From Geobacteraceae bacterium (lineage in GTDB: Bacteria > Desulfobacterota > Desulfuromonadia > Desulfuromonadales > Geopsychrobacteraceae), in contig SLDV01000075.1 of assembly GCA_007125165.1 (NCBI GenBank), positions 25,927-89,926 on the forward strand: a stretch of 64,000 bases of DNA. The letters run 5' to 3'. The position numbers and the translations under genes are program-made. The notes under the pieces are model-generated. The model ran no database searches and had not been told where the DNA came from. It was given only the letters and a program-made list of their open reading frames with translations. Of the stretch, positions 29,819-40,037 are shown one piece after another. Numbering within the stretch: position 1 is the stretch's first letter; every line of letters starts with the position of its first letter.

Positions 29819-30205
29819 ATGGCCATGAGGATCATGATTCTAATATTTCTTATATTTCTAAGCGGTTGTGCCGCCCGTGGGGCTCTGGTATGGGAGCACT
29901 CTCATGGACACGATGACCGTCAGCTCCAGCAGGCGCAAAAGGAGTGTCGCCAATTAGCTCACCGGGAGGCGCGCTACCCCTATTTTTACTATAAAGATCC
30001 CCTCTTCCCTTTTTATCGGCCTTTCAATTATCATGGCAGATATTATGGACGCGATTTGTTGTGGAACGACCATTTTGCGCAATTACGGTATCAGGAAGAT
30101 GTAAGCCGGCTTTATCGCATTTGCATGGAAGCCAAGGGATGGCGGTTGGTGCGCGTCCAAGTACCGGAGGCAAGTAAAGATTCTGAACCCCTTGAGTATG
30201 AATAG
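29819..30205 (+). CDS. Hypothetical lipoprotein, aromatic-rich
   Basis: 128 aa. Lipobox FLSGC. Tyr/Phe-rich stretch YPYFYYKDPLFPFYRPFNYHGRYYGRDLLW. No family recognised. Confidence 0.55.
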   Translation: MAMRIMILIFLIFLSGCAARGALVWEHSHGHDDRQLQQAQKECRQLAHREARYPYFYYKDPLFPFYRPFNYHGRYYGRDLLWNDHFAQLRYQEDVSRLYRICMEAKGWRLVRVQVPEASKDSEPLEYE

Positions 30206-30233
30206 CTCATAGTGCTGGCGGTGATATCTGATC

Positions 30234-30605
30234 GTGAATATCAGTGGAACCCACATACCTTCTGAACTCGTCACTCGAGTCACCAGGTCTCAGCAGCCAC
30301 CTGGCACCTCCCTGCCGCCACAGAAAGTGCGCCATCCCACTGCGCCTGCAGGTACGGAGCCACATAAGAACTCATCTGAACCGATCATCGATGCTGAATA
30401 TGTTGACCTTTATCATCCGATACGGCGCCCTGCCGAGCAGAACCACCACTGGCGCAACCTGGTTGTTGAGTTCGATGAAAACCTGGCGAGCAAAAGTCCG
30501 CAGTCTCTAATGACTGATCCTCACCGGCAACAGATGATCGAACGCTATAATGACCATTTTGACGACACTCCCCCTCCAGGCAGCCACCTCAGTATTTTTG
30601 TTTAG
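30234..30605 (+). CDS. Hypothetical protein, Pro/Gln-rich and probably disordered (weak call)
   Basis: 123 aa. GTG start without a clear SD. It is the only long ORF filling an otherwise ~400-bp gap. 4-nt convergent overlap with udg. Confidence 0.3.
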   Translation: MNISGTHIPSELVTRVTRSQQPPGTSLPPQKVRHPTAPAGTEPHKNSSEPIIDAEYVDLYHPIRRPAEQNHHWRNLVVEFDENLASKSPQSLMTDPHRQQMIERYNDHFDDTPPPGSHLSIFV

Positions 30606-31330
30606 TTCAACTTGCAACCTTCTGAAATGAGCCGTTGCTTCACTTTTTTCATATCTTCCCAAACAAGCTTCTTAGCCGCTGGTGAGCGCAGCAGAAATGC
30701 CGGATGAAAGGTCGGCAATACGGCTACGCCCTGATACTGGTACCAATTACCACGCAAATGGCTCACCGGAGTTTGTACCGCGAGTAGTAACTGGGCCGCG
30801 AACCGCCCCAGAGTTACGATAACCCGAGGCTCAAGCAGACTCAACTGACACTCTAAATAAGGTCGGCAAGCCGCTAATTCGTCGGCAGCAGGATTGCGGT
30901 TTGCGGGGGGACGGCATTTAATCAAATTACAGATGTAAACGTCCTTTTCGGATAATCCCATGGCAAAAAGAATCCGATCCAGCAATCCCCCTGCTTCACC
31001 GACAAAAGGGAGCCCCTGCCGATCCTCTTCGAAGCCTGGAGCTTCGCCAACAAAAACAAGATCAGCTCTGGGGTTACCGCGAGCAAACACAGTTTTTGAA
31101 CGGCTTCTAGCCAAGGAACAGCGCTGACATCGCTCAACTTCATCTTTCAGCTCATCAAGAGTCTTTACCACATCTGGTGCCGGCACAATTTTTTCATCAA
31201 CAACCGAACCCACATCAGATTTCTTCAAAACCGGAGTCACGGTATCAAACCCCCATGCCTGAAGGTTCTCTAAAAGACTGCGCGCCTGACAGACATGCCT
31301 GTAGCACTCGTGGTATAATTTGTCATTCAT
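30602..31330 (-). CDS. Uracil-DNA glycosylase, family 4
   Basis: CQRCSL Fe-S Cys, GEAPGFEEDRQGLPFVGEAG motif, HPAFLLR. Confidence 0.85.
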   Translation of the reverse strand: MNDKLYHECYRHVCQARSLLENLQAWGFDTVTPVLKKSDVGSVVDEKIVPAPDVVKTLDELKDEVERCQRCSLARSRSKTVFARGNPRADLVFVGEAPGFEEDRQGLPFVGEAGGLLDRILFAMGLSEKDVYICNLIKCRPPANRNPAADELAACRPYLECQLSLLEPRVIVTLGRFAAQLLLAVQTPVSHLRGNWYQYQGVAVLPTFHPAFLLRSPAAKKLVWEDMKKVKQRLISEGCKLN

Positions 31331-31387
31331 GTGCTTTGATTCCAGATACCTTCATATAGATACGAACTTATTGACAGGATTGACAAT

Positions 31388-32299
31388 ATGCTGCGGCTGT
31401 TTGCTCTTTTTTTCATACTGATGTCGATCCCGGAAACCGCTTTTGCCTGGGGTGCAGGTGTTCATCTCGGTACCGGCTTGCGTGTTCTTGCGGCACCTGA
31501 ACTACTGCCACAGGCATTACAGGTGTTGCTGGCAGCATACCCTCTTGATTATCTTTACGGGTGCATTGCCGCCGACATCACTCTGGGCAAAAAACACACC
31601 CACCACCTCGAACATTGTCACAACTGGCGTGTCGGACGAAAAATTCTTGAGCGTGGCAAAAAAAGTGGCCCTGAAGCCGAAGCCTGTGCCTATGGCTACC
31701 TTTCACATCTGGCTGCCGACACTGTGGCCCATAACTATTTCGTCCCCTATAAGCTGGCAATGACCTACAACACAACCTTTCACAACCACGCCTATTGGGA
31801 GATTCGCGCCGATATCGGTGTAAAAAAAGAAACCTGGAAGATCGCCCAGCAGCTGGCAAATCGCAATAATCGTCATCTCGACAAGGTTCTCAGCGGCACC
31901 CTGTCGGACACAATCTTTTCATTTGGGACCAACAAGCAAATTTTCAACTCAATGATGTTGATCAGTCGCCTGAACCGCTGGCAAAAAATGGTCGAAACCA
32001 TCTCAACACACTCAAGATGGCCCTTCGATCGCGCCGAGCACGACGAATACATGGCTCTCGGGCTGGAAGCCACACAGAGCATATTAAGTGACGAACAAAG
32101 CCCCTATTGGAACGCAGACCCGACCGGAGATCGCGCCCTTACAGCCTCCAATCTGATTCGCAAGAACATGAGACTACTCTGGCTCGACGGCAAACTAGAG
32201 CAGGAAGACTCCAACCTGATCCTCAAGGAACTGCGTGAACGGTTCAAGCTGGGCATTACTAATCCAGACGAAATACTGCCATTGTTCACGGTTGTTTAA
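31388..32299 (+). CDS. Zinc-dependent phospholipase C-like protein (secreted)
   Basis: Signal peptide followed by WGAGVHL, plus HLAADTVAHN His cluster. Resembles the Zn_dep_PLPC fold. Confidence 0.6.
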   Translation: MLRLFALFFILMSIPETAFAWGAGVHLGTGLRVLAAPELLPQALQVLLAAYPLDYLYGCIAADITLGKKHTHHLEHCHNWRVGRKILERGKKSGPEAEACAYGYLSHLAADTVAHNYFVPYKLAMTYNTTFHNHAYWEIRADIGVKKETWKIAQQLANRNNRHLDKVLSGTLSDTIFSFGTNKQIFNSMMLISRLNRWQKMVETISTHSRWPFDRAEHDEYMALGLEATQSILSDEQSPYWNADPTGDRALTASNLIRKNMRLLWLDGKLEQEDSNLILKELRERFKLGITNPDEILPLFTVV

Positions 32300-33506
32300 T
32301 ATCCGGCCGGTTATTCTTCTGCCAGGCCGAACAAACCCGATCTAACAACTGTTCTGCAACTGCTGTTTTGCTCATCAGTTCGAGCTGTTCGGCCCGCCCG
32401 TCCCGATGTAAAAAATGGACAATGTTGGTATCGACATCAAAACCGGCACCCGGCGCCAAAACATCATTGGCAACAATCATGTCCAGATTTTTGCTGATGA
32501 GTTTTTTTGTTGCATGCTCAACCAGCTTTTCTGTTTCAGCAGCAAAACCAATCAGAATCTGTTTCTTTTTACAACGCCCCAGTTCCGCCAGAATATCGGT
32601 TGTTTTTTCAAGATCAAGGCACGCAGAGGCGTTTTTTTTCTTCATTTTTTCTTTTCGACGCTTAACCGGTCGATAATCAGCTACCGCCGCTGCCTTAATA
32701 ACCACGTCAGCAGCATCATAACAGCCGATCATGGCATCGTACATCTGTTGTGCAGATACAACAGAAATTGTTTCAACCCCGGCCGGCGGCGGCAACTGAC
32801 AGGGGCCTGCCACTAATGTCACTTGTGCACCGCGCCGATGGGCCGCCGCTGCGATAGCGTACCCCATGCGACCGGAAGAATGGTTGGTCAGATAACGAAC
32901 CGGATCGATCTCTTCGCGGGTCGGCCCGGCGCTCACCAATATTCTGCAGCCCTGCAAATCTTTTGTTGTCAGAACATTTTCAACAGCTATGATAATGTCC
33001 TGTGGGTCCGGCATCTTTCCCTGACCGGCCCAACCACAAGCGAGATCACCATGAACCGGATCCAGCAGATGGTATCCCGCATCTCGCAATTTTTGCTCAT
33101 TGTGCCGGTAAAACAGATTTTCGTACATGTTGGTATTCATTGCCGGAACCACCAGTACCGGTGCTTTGGTCGCCATCAGGGTTGTAGTCAGCAGATCATC
33201 GGCCAGTCCTTGAGCAACCTTACCGATCAGATTAGCCGTCGCCGGCGCCAGAACAAAGAGATTCGCGCGATCAGCCAGGGAAATATGCCCTATCTCCCGC
33301 TCCTGATAAAGATTGAAAAGCTCTGTATGTACTGGATTCCCGGAAAGGGTTTGAAATGTCAGAGGCGTGACGAATTCCCGGGCCGATGCGGTCATGACCA
33401 CATGAACATCAGCACCCGCCTTGGTCAGTAATCGCAACAGTTCCACCGACTTGTACACGGCGATCCCGCCACTGACTCCCAGAATGATAGTTTTTCCCTT
33501 GAGCAT
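32286..33506 (-). CDS. coaBC: Phosphopantothenoylcysteine decarboxylase / phosphopantothenate-cysteine ligase
   Basis: 406 aa. Flavoprotein N-domain [15 protein letters not shown], CoaB C-domain [25 protein letters not shown]. Confidence 0.9.
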   Translation of the reverse strand: MLKGKTIILGVSGGIAVYKSVELLRLLTKAGADVHVVMTASAREFVTPLTFQTLSGNPVHTELFNLYQEREIGHISLADRANLFVLAPATANLIGKVAQGLADDLLTTTLMATKAPVLVVPAMNTNMYENLFYRHNEQKLRDAGYHLLDPVHGDLACGWAGQGKMPDPQDIIIAVENVLTTKDLQGCRILVSAGPTREEIDPVRYLTNHSSGRMGYAIAAAAHRRGAQVTLVAGPCQLPPPAGVETISVVSAQQMYDAMIGCYDAADVVIKAAAVADYRPVKRRKEKMKKKNASACLDLEKTTDILAELGRCKKKQILIGFAAETEKLVEHATKKLISKNLDMIVANDVLAPGAGFDVDTNIVHFLHRDGRAEQLELMSKTAVAEQLLDRVCSAWQKNNRPDIKQP

Positions 33507-33515
33507 CGGTTGACC

Positions 33516-34136
33516 TCAGTTAAGGAAGGGATTGGAGCGTTTTTCCTGACCAATGGTCGTCATCGGGCCATGCCCCGGACACACCCTGGTTTCTTCCGCC
33601 AGACATAAAAGCTTGTTTTTGATATTAGCAATCAGAACCTGGTGGTTGCCGCCGGGCAGATCGGTTCGACCGATTGATCCACTGAACAAAGTATCTCCGA
33701 CAAAAAGATAATCACCAACATGGAGACAGACACCACCAGGCGAGTGCCCCGGAGTATGTATCACTTTGATCGATAATTCACCAAGCTCAATGACATCACC
33801 ATCATCCAACAGCCGCGTCGGTTCGGGCGATCGGGTTGTAGACAAACCAAATATCTGTGCATGTTCCGCTGCGCGCTGCAAAAGAGGAGCGTCATCCTTG
33901 TGAATAATCAGTTCACAGTCAGTGGCGTCGACCAGACTTCGATTGCCGCCGATATGGTCAAAATGGCCATGCGTGTTAATCACCATAACCGGCGACAGGT
34001 CATGTTGACGCAACATCTGCAGGATATTCTTTGCATCACCACCCGGATCGATTATCGCTGCCTTTCTGGTGCTTTCGCAGCCCAACAGGTAGCAGTTGAC
34101 TTCCAGAGGACCAGTCGTCAAGCTTGCAACAATCAT
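33516..34136 (-). CDS. MBL-fold metallo-hydrolase (glyoxalase II-like)
   Basis: HGHFDHIGG motif, TPGHSPG, 206 aa. Confidence 0.85.
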   Translation of the reverse strand: MIVASLTTGPLEVNCYLLGCESTRKAAIIDPGGDAKNILQMLRQHDLSPVMVINTHGHFDHIGGNRSLVDATDCELIIHKDDAPLLQRAAEHAQIFGLSTTRSPEPTRLLDDGDVIELGELSIKVIHTPGHSPGGVCLHVGDYLFVGDTLFSGSIGRTDLPGGNHQVLIANIKNKLLCLAEETRVCPGHGPMTTIGQEKRSNPFLN

Positions 34137-35266
34137 GGGTTTTCTCCTTTGGTCTGGATAGCCGAAAAAAGATCCAGGTTTTTATTCTTGATTTGTTCGC
34201 CCACAGTCGCCCCCAGAGGCCGATCATGACGTTTATTTTCCCTGTCATTCTGAGGTGTGCGTGGCTTAGTAGCGGCATTGAAGCTCTCTGGCAGAGACGC
34301 AAGATCATTGTCTTCTGATTTTTCCTGCCCCATATAAAAATAGCGGTCGAAAAGACGGTGGTAAGAAGTCCAGCCACTGGACTGATGCTCCTTGTCTATA
34401 TGTAATTGTACCGCATTGATCTTGGAATCCAGCTCATCAATATAATTCAGAATAACAGCTTCTAGAAACTTTGGCCGCTTGGGTGACCCGAAGTCATATT
34501 GACCATGATGAGACAATAGCAGGTGCTTTATTTTCATGGATAATTCATGTGGAAATCCGGGAATATTGCGGATACGCTCGTCAATCATTTGCACCCCGAT
34601 AATAATGTGACCAAGCAGTTTCCCTTCGTCGGTGTAATTAAAAGAGCGCTCAAAAGATAACTCCGACACCTTTCCGACATCATGAAGCATGGCACCGCTG
34701 ATCAACAGATCACGATCAACCTGCGGATAACGTTTTGCCACATCGGTAGCAAGAGCAGCCACAGCAAGGGAATGCTCCAGTAACCCGCCAATGTAAGTGT
34801 GGTGCATCGATTTTGCTGCCGGTGCCCGGGAAAACGTGTGATAAAATTCCGCGTCATCAAAAAAAGACCGCAACAGATCGCGTACAAATGGATTTTGCAG
34901 TGAATCCAATAGCCGATCAAGTTCACTGCGCATTTCAGTTACACAGCGGTCGCTGACGGGAAGAAAATCAGCAAGATCGACAGACTCCTCGGCAACTTTG
35001 TCAAGGTGTTGGACGACCAACTGCATTTTCCCCATAAACACATTGGCCTTGGCATCAACACGGACAAAATCATCTGTATCAAACTGATTGGACAAGTCAT
35101 CCACACGATCCCATATCCTGCCATCCACTTCACCGGTGCTGTCCATCAGCTTCAGTGTCATATAGGGTTTGCCGTTTTTTGCCATCGCGGTGATCTTGTC
35201 GCGCACCAGAAAGATCGTATTGACACGATCCCGTTCTTTAATCTGATTGACGTAAATCTCTTTCAC
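34133..35266 (-). CDS. OB-fold + HD-domain 3'-5' exoribonuclease (YhaM-like)
   Basis: N-terminal OB fold (FLVRDKITAMAKNGKPYMTLKLMDSTGEVDGRIW). HD domain (LEHSLAV..MLHDVGK..LLSHHGQYDFGSP). Confidence 0.7.
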   Translation of the reverse strand: MKEIYVNQIKERDRVNTIFLVRDKITAMAKNGKPYMTLKLMDSTGEVDGRIWDRVDDLSNQFDTDDFVRVDAKANVFMGKMQLVVQHLDKVAEESVDLADFLPVSDRCVTEMRSELDRLLDSLQNPFVRDLLRSFFDDAEFYHTFSRAPAAKSMHHTYIGGLLEHSLAVAALATDVAKRYPQVDRDLLISGAMLHDVGKVSELSFERSFNYTDEGKLLGHIIIGVQMIDERIRNIPGFPHELSMKIKHLLLSHHGQYDFGSPKRPKFLEAVILNYIDELDSKINAVQLHIDKEHQSSGWTSYHRLFDRYFYMGQEKSEDNDLASLPESFNAATKPRTPQNDRENKRHDRPLGATVGEQIKNKNLDLFSAIQTKGENP

Positions 35267-36861
35267 TTCGACCTCATTAATGTCTGTGATTGTTGTCGTA
35301 AAATCTGAACCGCCGCATTCAGACCATCCACAGCGGCGCTCATAATGCCCCCGGCATAACCGGCACCTTCCCCGGCAGGAAAAAGACCACGATGGCTGAC
35401 CGATTCCCCCGATAAATCACGCAAAATGCGTAACGGTGCGGAGGTACGAGTTTCGACACCGATCAGGGTAGCATCTTCCGCGATAAAACCGCGCATTTTG
35501 CGGTCAAAGTATGGTAGCGCACGCCGCAAGCAATTGGCAACGTATGCGGGCAAACAGTCATCCAGGTCCGCGTGTACTACGGCAGGGCGACAGCTTGAGA
35601 GTAAATGCCCGCCGCGGCCGTTGAGAAACTCCAGCAGTGGTTGTGCCGGCGCACGCCAGCCGGGTTCTCCCGCCTGCCATGCCGCTTTCTCCCAGCGTCG
35701 TTGAAAATCCACCCCGGCCATCATCGCCGGATGGTCGAAATCAGCGGGTGTTACTGTCACCACCAGTGCGCTGTTAGACATGGAAGTATTACGGCGATAA
35801 TTACTCATTCCATTCACAACCAGTCCTCCTTCTTCAGAGGAGGCATTAATGACCATACCGCCGGGGCACATACAGAAAGAATAAACTCCCCTACCGGTGT
35901 CAGGGTCATTCCAGGAAAGACGATAATCGGCCGGGGGCAAGGCAGGCGAACATCCACGACCATACTGAATCCGATTGATCAACTCAAGCGGATGTTCTAC
36001 ACGAACGCCAATGGCAAAAGGTTTCAACTCCAGTTTAACGCCGATCTTTTCAAGCATTTTATATGTATCTCTGGCGCTGTGACCAGGGGCAATAACCAGG
36101 GCATCACAAGGCAGATCATCACTATGGTTGATAGTTACACCAGCAACCCGCCCCTGACTCATCTCGATACCGGTGAGCATGCTTAAGAAGCGAATATCTA
36201 CGCCCAGAGACAGCAAGTGTTTACGAAAATTGATCAGCACCTTGCGAAGACGATCGCTGCCGATGTGAGGCTTCGCCAGATAACGAATCTCCACAGGAGC
36301 ACCCATCTCAACCATTCTGGCAAGGATATGAGGAATGCCGGGATGTTTAAGCCTGGTCGTTAACTTTCCGTCAGAAAACGTACCGGCCCCACCTTCTCCG
36401 AACTGAACGTTACTGTGCGCATCCAGAATTCCATCATTCCAGAAACGACGAACATCCTTCAGCCTCTGCTCTACAGCTTGTCCACGCTCAAGTAATGTTA
36501 CCCGGGCTCCTGCTTCAGCCAGGGTCAGGGCGCAAAAAAGACCCGCAGGCCCCATTCCTGCAACCACGACATGAAAAGGACGGGTCACTTTATGAATCGT
36601 TAAACAGGGTTCTTCTACGCAACGATCAAGCTTGGGATGATTTGAATATTGATACAGAAATTTTTCTTCATTTTCAACTTCAAATTTGACAGTATAAACG
36701 AATGTTATATCGTGCTTTTTTCGTGCATCGAGCCCTTTGCGCAACACTGACCAGTCTTTGATCTGATCGGGATCACACCCCACCTCGTCAGCAATTCTGT
36801 CACCAAGACGATTCTCAGATTCACCCGGTTTAAGAACCAGATCTCTTATTCGCAGCGCCAT
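35263..36861 (-). CDS. FAD-dependent oxidoreductase (COG2509-like)
   Basis: 532 aa. Dinucleotide fold VVVAGMGPAGLFCAL..ERG. C-terminal GEGAGYAGGIMSAAVDG. Confidence 0.75.
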   Translation of the reverse strand: MALRIRDLVLKPGESENRLGDRIADEVGCDPDQIKDWSVLRKGLDARKKHDITFVYTVKFEVENEEKFLYQYSNHPKLDRCVEEPCLTIHKVTRPFHVVVAGMGPAGLFCALTLAEAGARVTLLERGQAVEQRLKDVRRFWNDGILDAHSNVQFGEGGAGTFSDGKLTTRLKHPGIPHILARMVEMGAPVEIRYLAKPHIGSDRLRKVLINFRKHLLSLGVDIRFLSMLTGIEMSQGRVAGVTINHSDDLPCDALVIAPGHSARDTYKMLEKIGVKLELKPFAIGVRVEHPLELINRIQYGRGCSPALPPADYRLSWNDPDTGRGVYSFCMCPGGMVINASSEEGGLVVNGMSNYRRNTSMSNSALVVTVTPADFDHPAMMAGVDFQRRWEKAAWQAGEPGWRAPAQPLLEFLNGRGGHLLSSCRPAVVHADLDDCLPAYVANCLRRALPYFDRKMRGFIAEDATLIGVETRTSAPLRILRDLSGESVSHRGLFPAGEGAGYAGGIMSAAVDGLNAAVQILRQQSQTLMRSK

Positions 36862-36974
36862 TTTCGTTCCGGCAAAAGTTAATACATCAACATGTAAAAA
36901 AAGAGATAACTATTCAGCAGCCCATCCAGAAGCGGCTTTAACCGCGCACGATAGTGTCTGGTGGCAACTCCTCC

Positions 36975-37065
36975 ATTGTCATTCCGGCATGATGTTGGCT
37001 GGAATCCGGTTTCTGCTTCTGAATCCGAAGACAAAACACCTCGGGGATGACGGAATATGATGACA
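36975..37065. repeat. GTCATYC...GAATCC-type palindromic intergenic element
   Basis: ttgtcattccggcatgatgttggctggaatccgg ... ggggatgacggaatatgatgac. Same frame motif as 52588-52617. Confidence 0.5.
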
Positions 37066-37078
37066 GGGTGAACAGTTA

Positions 37079-37104
37079 CAAAAAGAGCAGCCCTGCGGCT
37101 GCTC
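37079..37104 (-). terminator. Intrinsic terminator of the usp gene
   Basis: Minus strand GAGCAGCC-GCAG-GGCUGCUC followed by UUUUU. Confidence 0.8.
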
Positions 37105-37141
37105 GGAGGTGGGTTAGTTATAAATAGCTAAACCAGTTCTG

Positions 37142-37591
37142 TCAATCTTCCTGCAAACGAACAGTGAGGACCGGTAAAGGAGATTTGCGCACGACTTTTT
37201 CTGCTGTACTGCCAAACAGAACATGGTCAAGGCCAGTGCGTCCATGGGTTCCAAGAACAATCAGGTCTGCTGATAGCTGCTCACCCTGTTGGATGATCTG
37301 CTCATAAGGCAAGCCAGGCACAATAACCGATTCATAGTTATCGAAACCGCTGAGGTTCTGGCGGCAAAAGCTATCCATCATCTTTTTGGCACCCTCTTCT
37401 ATCTCTTCCTCAAGTTTTTCAAAAGAGATGTGGGGCACGTAAAAGCCTCGCAGATCAACAGGCTCATTAATGACATGAAGCAAAACCAAGCGCGCAGAAT
37501 ACTTGTTAGCCATATTCAGAGCCAGCTCAAAAGCATTTTGTGAACTGTCAGAAAAATCAACTGCAACAAGTATAGTAGAAAAATCCTTCAT
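37142..37591 (-). CDS. Universal stress protein
   Basis: 149 aa. ILVAVDFS..LVLLHV..DLIVLGTHGRTGLDHVLFGSTAEKVVRKSPLPVLTV. Confidence 0.85.
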   Translation of the reverse strand: MKDFSTILVAVDFSDSSQNAFELALNMANKYSARLVLLHVINEPVDLRGFYVPHISFEKLEEEIEEGAKKMMDSFCRQNLSGFDNYESVIVPGLPYEQIIQQGEQLSADLIVLGTHGRTGLDHVLFGSTAEKVVRKSPLPVLTVRLQED

Positions 37592-37647
37592 GCTGACCTC
37601 CTCACTGAAAAAGTGCTAGGAATATAATAGAGATGAGTCAATAGTAA

Positions 37648-37676
37648 CAGCGAAAAGAGCCCTGTCAAGACAGGGC
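37648..37676 (-). terminator. Intrinsic terminator after the purine nucleoside phosphorylase gene
   Basis: Minus strand GCCCUG-UCUUGA-CAGGGC followed by UCUUUUCG. Confidence 0.6.
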
Positions 37677-37726
37677 CTGTCGCTTTTAAACAGAGTTAAC
37701 ATATTGACATCCCGTTTTTTTCTGTT

Positions 37727-38539
37727 TCAACTCCACAACAACAAGATTCTTTCCAATATCAGATGAAAGCTCTTAAGACTGACGGAACCGGTTGTCAGAA
37801 CATCCTTGTGGTCAAGCTTTTTCGTTCCGCGACCCGCTGCCGGATTGGCAATCAGAGAAAGCGCGCTGACATCCATATTATAAAGACACGCCACAATCGC
37901 CTCAGGGATTGTGGACATGGATACCGCATCAGCTCCAGCCCGTTGAAGAAAGTTGATTTCTGCCGGTGATTCGTAACTCGGGCCGGGCATCCAGGCCAGA
38001 ACGCCTGCATGCAGACGTACGGATAGGGGCGCCAGCTCGTCACATAATTTCTGGTAGTAATGGTTGCAATACAGATTGCTGAGGTCGACAAACTGACGTT
38101 CACTGCGTCCGCGGAGTGGATTGTGCCCCGTCAGGTTGAGGTGATCTGATACCAGCATGAAATCACCCGTGGCCATCGATGAGTTAATGCCTCCGGCAGC
38201 GTTGGTCAGAAGTATTTTCGAACAGCCTATTGCTGCTGCCAGACGTACCTGTGCCGTCACCTGCCAGGCACTGTAGCCTTCATAGAAATGGTAGCGCCCG
38301 TGGAAAAAAAGAACTCTGCGGCCGTGCAAGGTGCCCACCGAAATAGCGGCATCATGTCCGCTAACCGCAGCTTCAGGAAACCCGGGCAACTGTGACAGCG
38401 ACAAGGTTAAATCGACCTGCATAGCAGAAGGATTTCCCGCCAGTCCGGATCCGAACACAACGGCTATTTCAGGGGGCTTGTTGTTTAAATGCGACAACAG
38501 AAGTTGCGCCGCTGCGCCCATATCATCAAGACAGATCAT
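37727..38539 (-). CDS. Purine nucleoside phosphorylase (PNP family 2, PunA-like)
   Basis: 270 aa. GRYHFYEG motif, SMSTIPE. ATGA overlap with the upstream receiver gene. Confidence 0.85.
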   Translation of the reverse strand: MICLDDMGAAAQLLLSHLNNKPPEIAVVFGSGLAGNPSAMQVDLTLSLSQLPGFPEAAVSGHDAAISVGTLHGRRVLFFHGRYHFYEGYSAWQVTAQVRLAAAIGCSKILLTNAAGGINSSMATGDFMLVSDHLNLTGHNPLRGRSERQFVDLSNLYCNHYYQKLCDELAPLSVRLHAGVLAWMPGPSYESPAEINFLQRAGADAVSMSTIPEAIVACLYNMDVSALSLIANPAAGRGTKKLDHKDVLTTGSVSLKSFHLILERILLLWS

Positions 38540-39042
38540 TTACTGAGCAACCGATCCACGCGATCAGTAAAATCTTCGGGATGAAAGGATTTGGTCATAA
38601 AATCATTCGCACCCGCCATGAAAGCCTGACGGGCATCATCATCCTGACGATAAACGCCACTTATACAAAGGATCGGGATCATAACGAAACGCTGGTCCTG
38701 ACGTATTCTTTTTATCAAATCCAGACCGCTTATATCAGGCAGATTGACGTCAATGATCAATAATGAAAAATCGGACGATTGCAACAGGCTCCAGGCATCT
38801 TCGCCGCAATTAGCCGTCGTCAGTTCCACATGTTTATGGGCCAGCAGATCGAGAATCAATTCACGGAAAAATCGTGCATCATCAACAACCAGAATCTTTC
38901 TATCAGATTTCTTTTGCCCTTCAGTAACCTCAAGGCTGAAACGATGGCGACAGTTGGGACATGACAGGGTCACTGATGAACGGTTCTCTACCGGTGTTCG
39001 CAGACGATACTTTGCTGCACATTTCGGACATTGAATTTTCAT
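38536..39042 (-). CDS. Zinc-ribbon (MJ0042-type) + receiver-domain response regulator, no output domain
   Basis: N-terminus MKIQCPKCAAKY..LSCPNCRHRF (two CxxC). Receiver ILVVDDARF..LLIIDVNLPDISG..MTKS. Confidence 0.8.
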   Translation of the reverse strand: MKIQCPKCAAKYRLRTPVENRSSVTLSCPNCRHRFSLEVTEGQKKSDRKILVVDDARFFRELILDLLAHKHVELTTANCGEDAWSLLQSSDFSLLIIDVNLPDISGLDLIKRIRQDQRFVMIPILCISGVYRQDDDARQAFMAGANDFMTKSFHPEDFTDRVDRLLSK

Positions 39043-39248
39043 GCAAACTCACCACTGGGGCTCAAGAACACTATATGCGAATCAACATTACCGTAAAATC
39101 AGGGCAAAACCCTAAGAATCCTGCCTCAGGTGTCTTTACATACGCCCCTTACTTCGTCATTCACGAAGCGGCTTCAGTCTAAAATCCGGTCCATAAGCAC
39201 ATAAAAGTGATGGCTCCGCGATAAAAACATTCGAGGTTGAAACCCTTT

Positions 39249-40019
39249 TTACAAGGGTCTCTCAGGCAACGTTTTTATCAACTCCGCGGCCATTTTCCCT
39301 TCATCAGATTCAGGAGCAAAGTTGATAATAACCTCCAGGTGCTGTCGCGCTGATTGGTAATTATCCCCCTTAAGAAGCAGAACAGCCAGGCGATAACGTG
39401 CCGGCAACAACTCCGGCGCCAGATCGATCGTCCTGCGCAACGTTGCTAATTCCAGAGACTCATCACCGGTCAACCGATACACCTCTGCCTGATAGAAATA
39501 TGCCGGCACAAAGCCGGGCATCATCGTTGACGCGTCGCGGAAAGACTGCAAGGCTGACACATAGTCACCCTTTTGCAGATACGCGTAACCTTTGCCTGTC
39601 AGTGCAATATGGGTACTGTCAAACAATAGATTTTTGGCGGCGCGATCAAAATGGTAAATAGCCTTGTCCCACTCCTCCATTGACAGATAGAGATTTGCCA
39701 GATTGTTTTCGTAACGGGGGTCATTTCCCGACAACTTCAAAGCCTCCAGATAGTTGGCTTCAGCCTCAGTAAAAGCCCGACGCTGCTGATAAGCCTGGGC
39801 CAGAGATGCCCGCACAGACGGGTTGACAGGATCCAACTCTACCGCCTTGAGTAATTCCCGCAGCGCTGCGCTGGGGTTGTCAGCCTGCAAATGCGCTTCA
39901 GCAAGCTTTAAGTGAATATCAGCCTGACGCCTGTCTTCTTCCATGCGACTGGCTGAGCCGGCACAACCAGCAATGACAAGACAACCGACAAGGAAAAAAG
40001 AAAGTAGAAACTTTGACAT
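39249..40019 (-). CDS. TPR lipoprotein (PilW/PilF-like)
   Basis: Lipobox VIAGCAG, about 6 TPR units. Start set at ATG 40019, 8 nt after GGAG. Confidence 0.65.
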   Translation of the reverse strand: MSKFLLSFFLVGCLVIAGCAGSASRMEEDRRQADIHLKLAEAHLQADNPSAALRELLKAVELDPVNPSVRASLAQAYQQRRAFTEAEANYLEALKLSGNDPRYENNLANLYLSMEEWDKAIYHFDRAAKNLLFDSTHIALTGKGYAYLQKGDYVSALQSFRDASTMMPGFVPAYFYQAEVYRLTGDESLELATLRRTIDLAPELLPARYRLAVLLLKGDNYQSARQHLEVIINFAPESDEGKMAAELIKTLPERPL

Positions 40020-40037
40020 ATAAAACACTCCAACTGG

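Noticed and set aside
30244-30510. 88-aa alternative-frame ORF
   Set aside because: It overlaps the longer 30234..30605 ORF in another frame, and neither is strong. I kept only the longer one, at low confidence.
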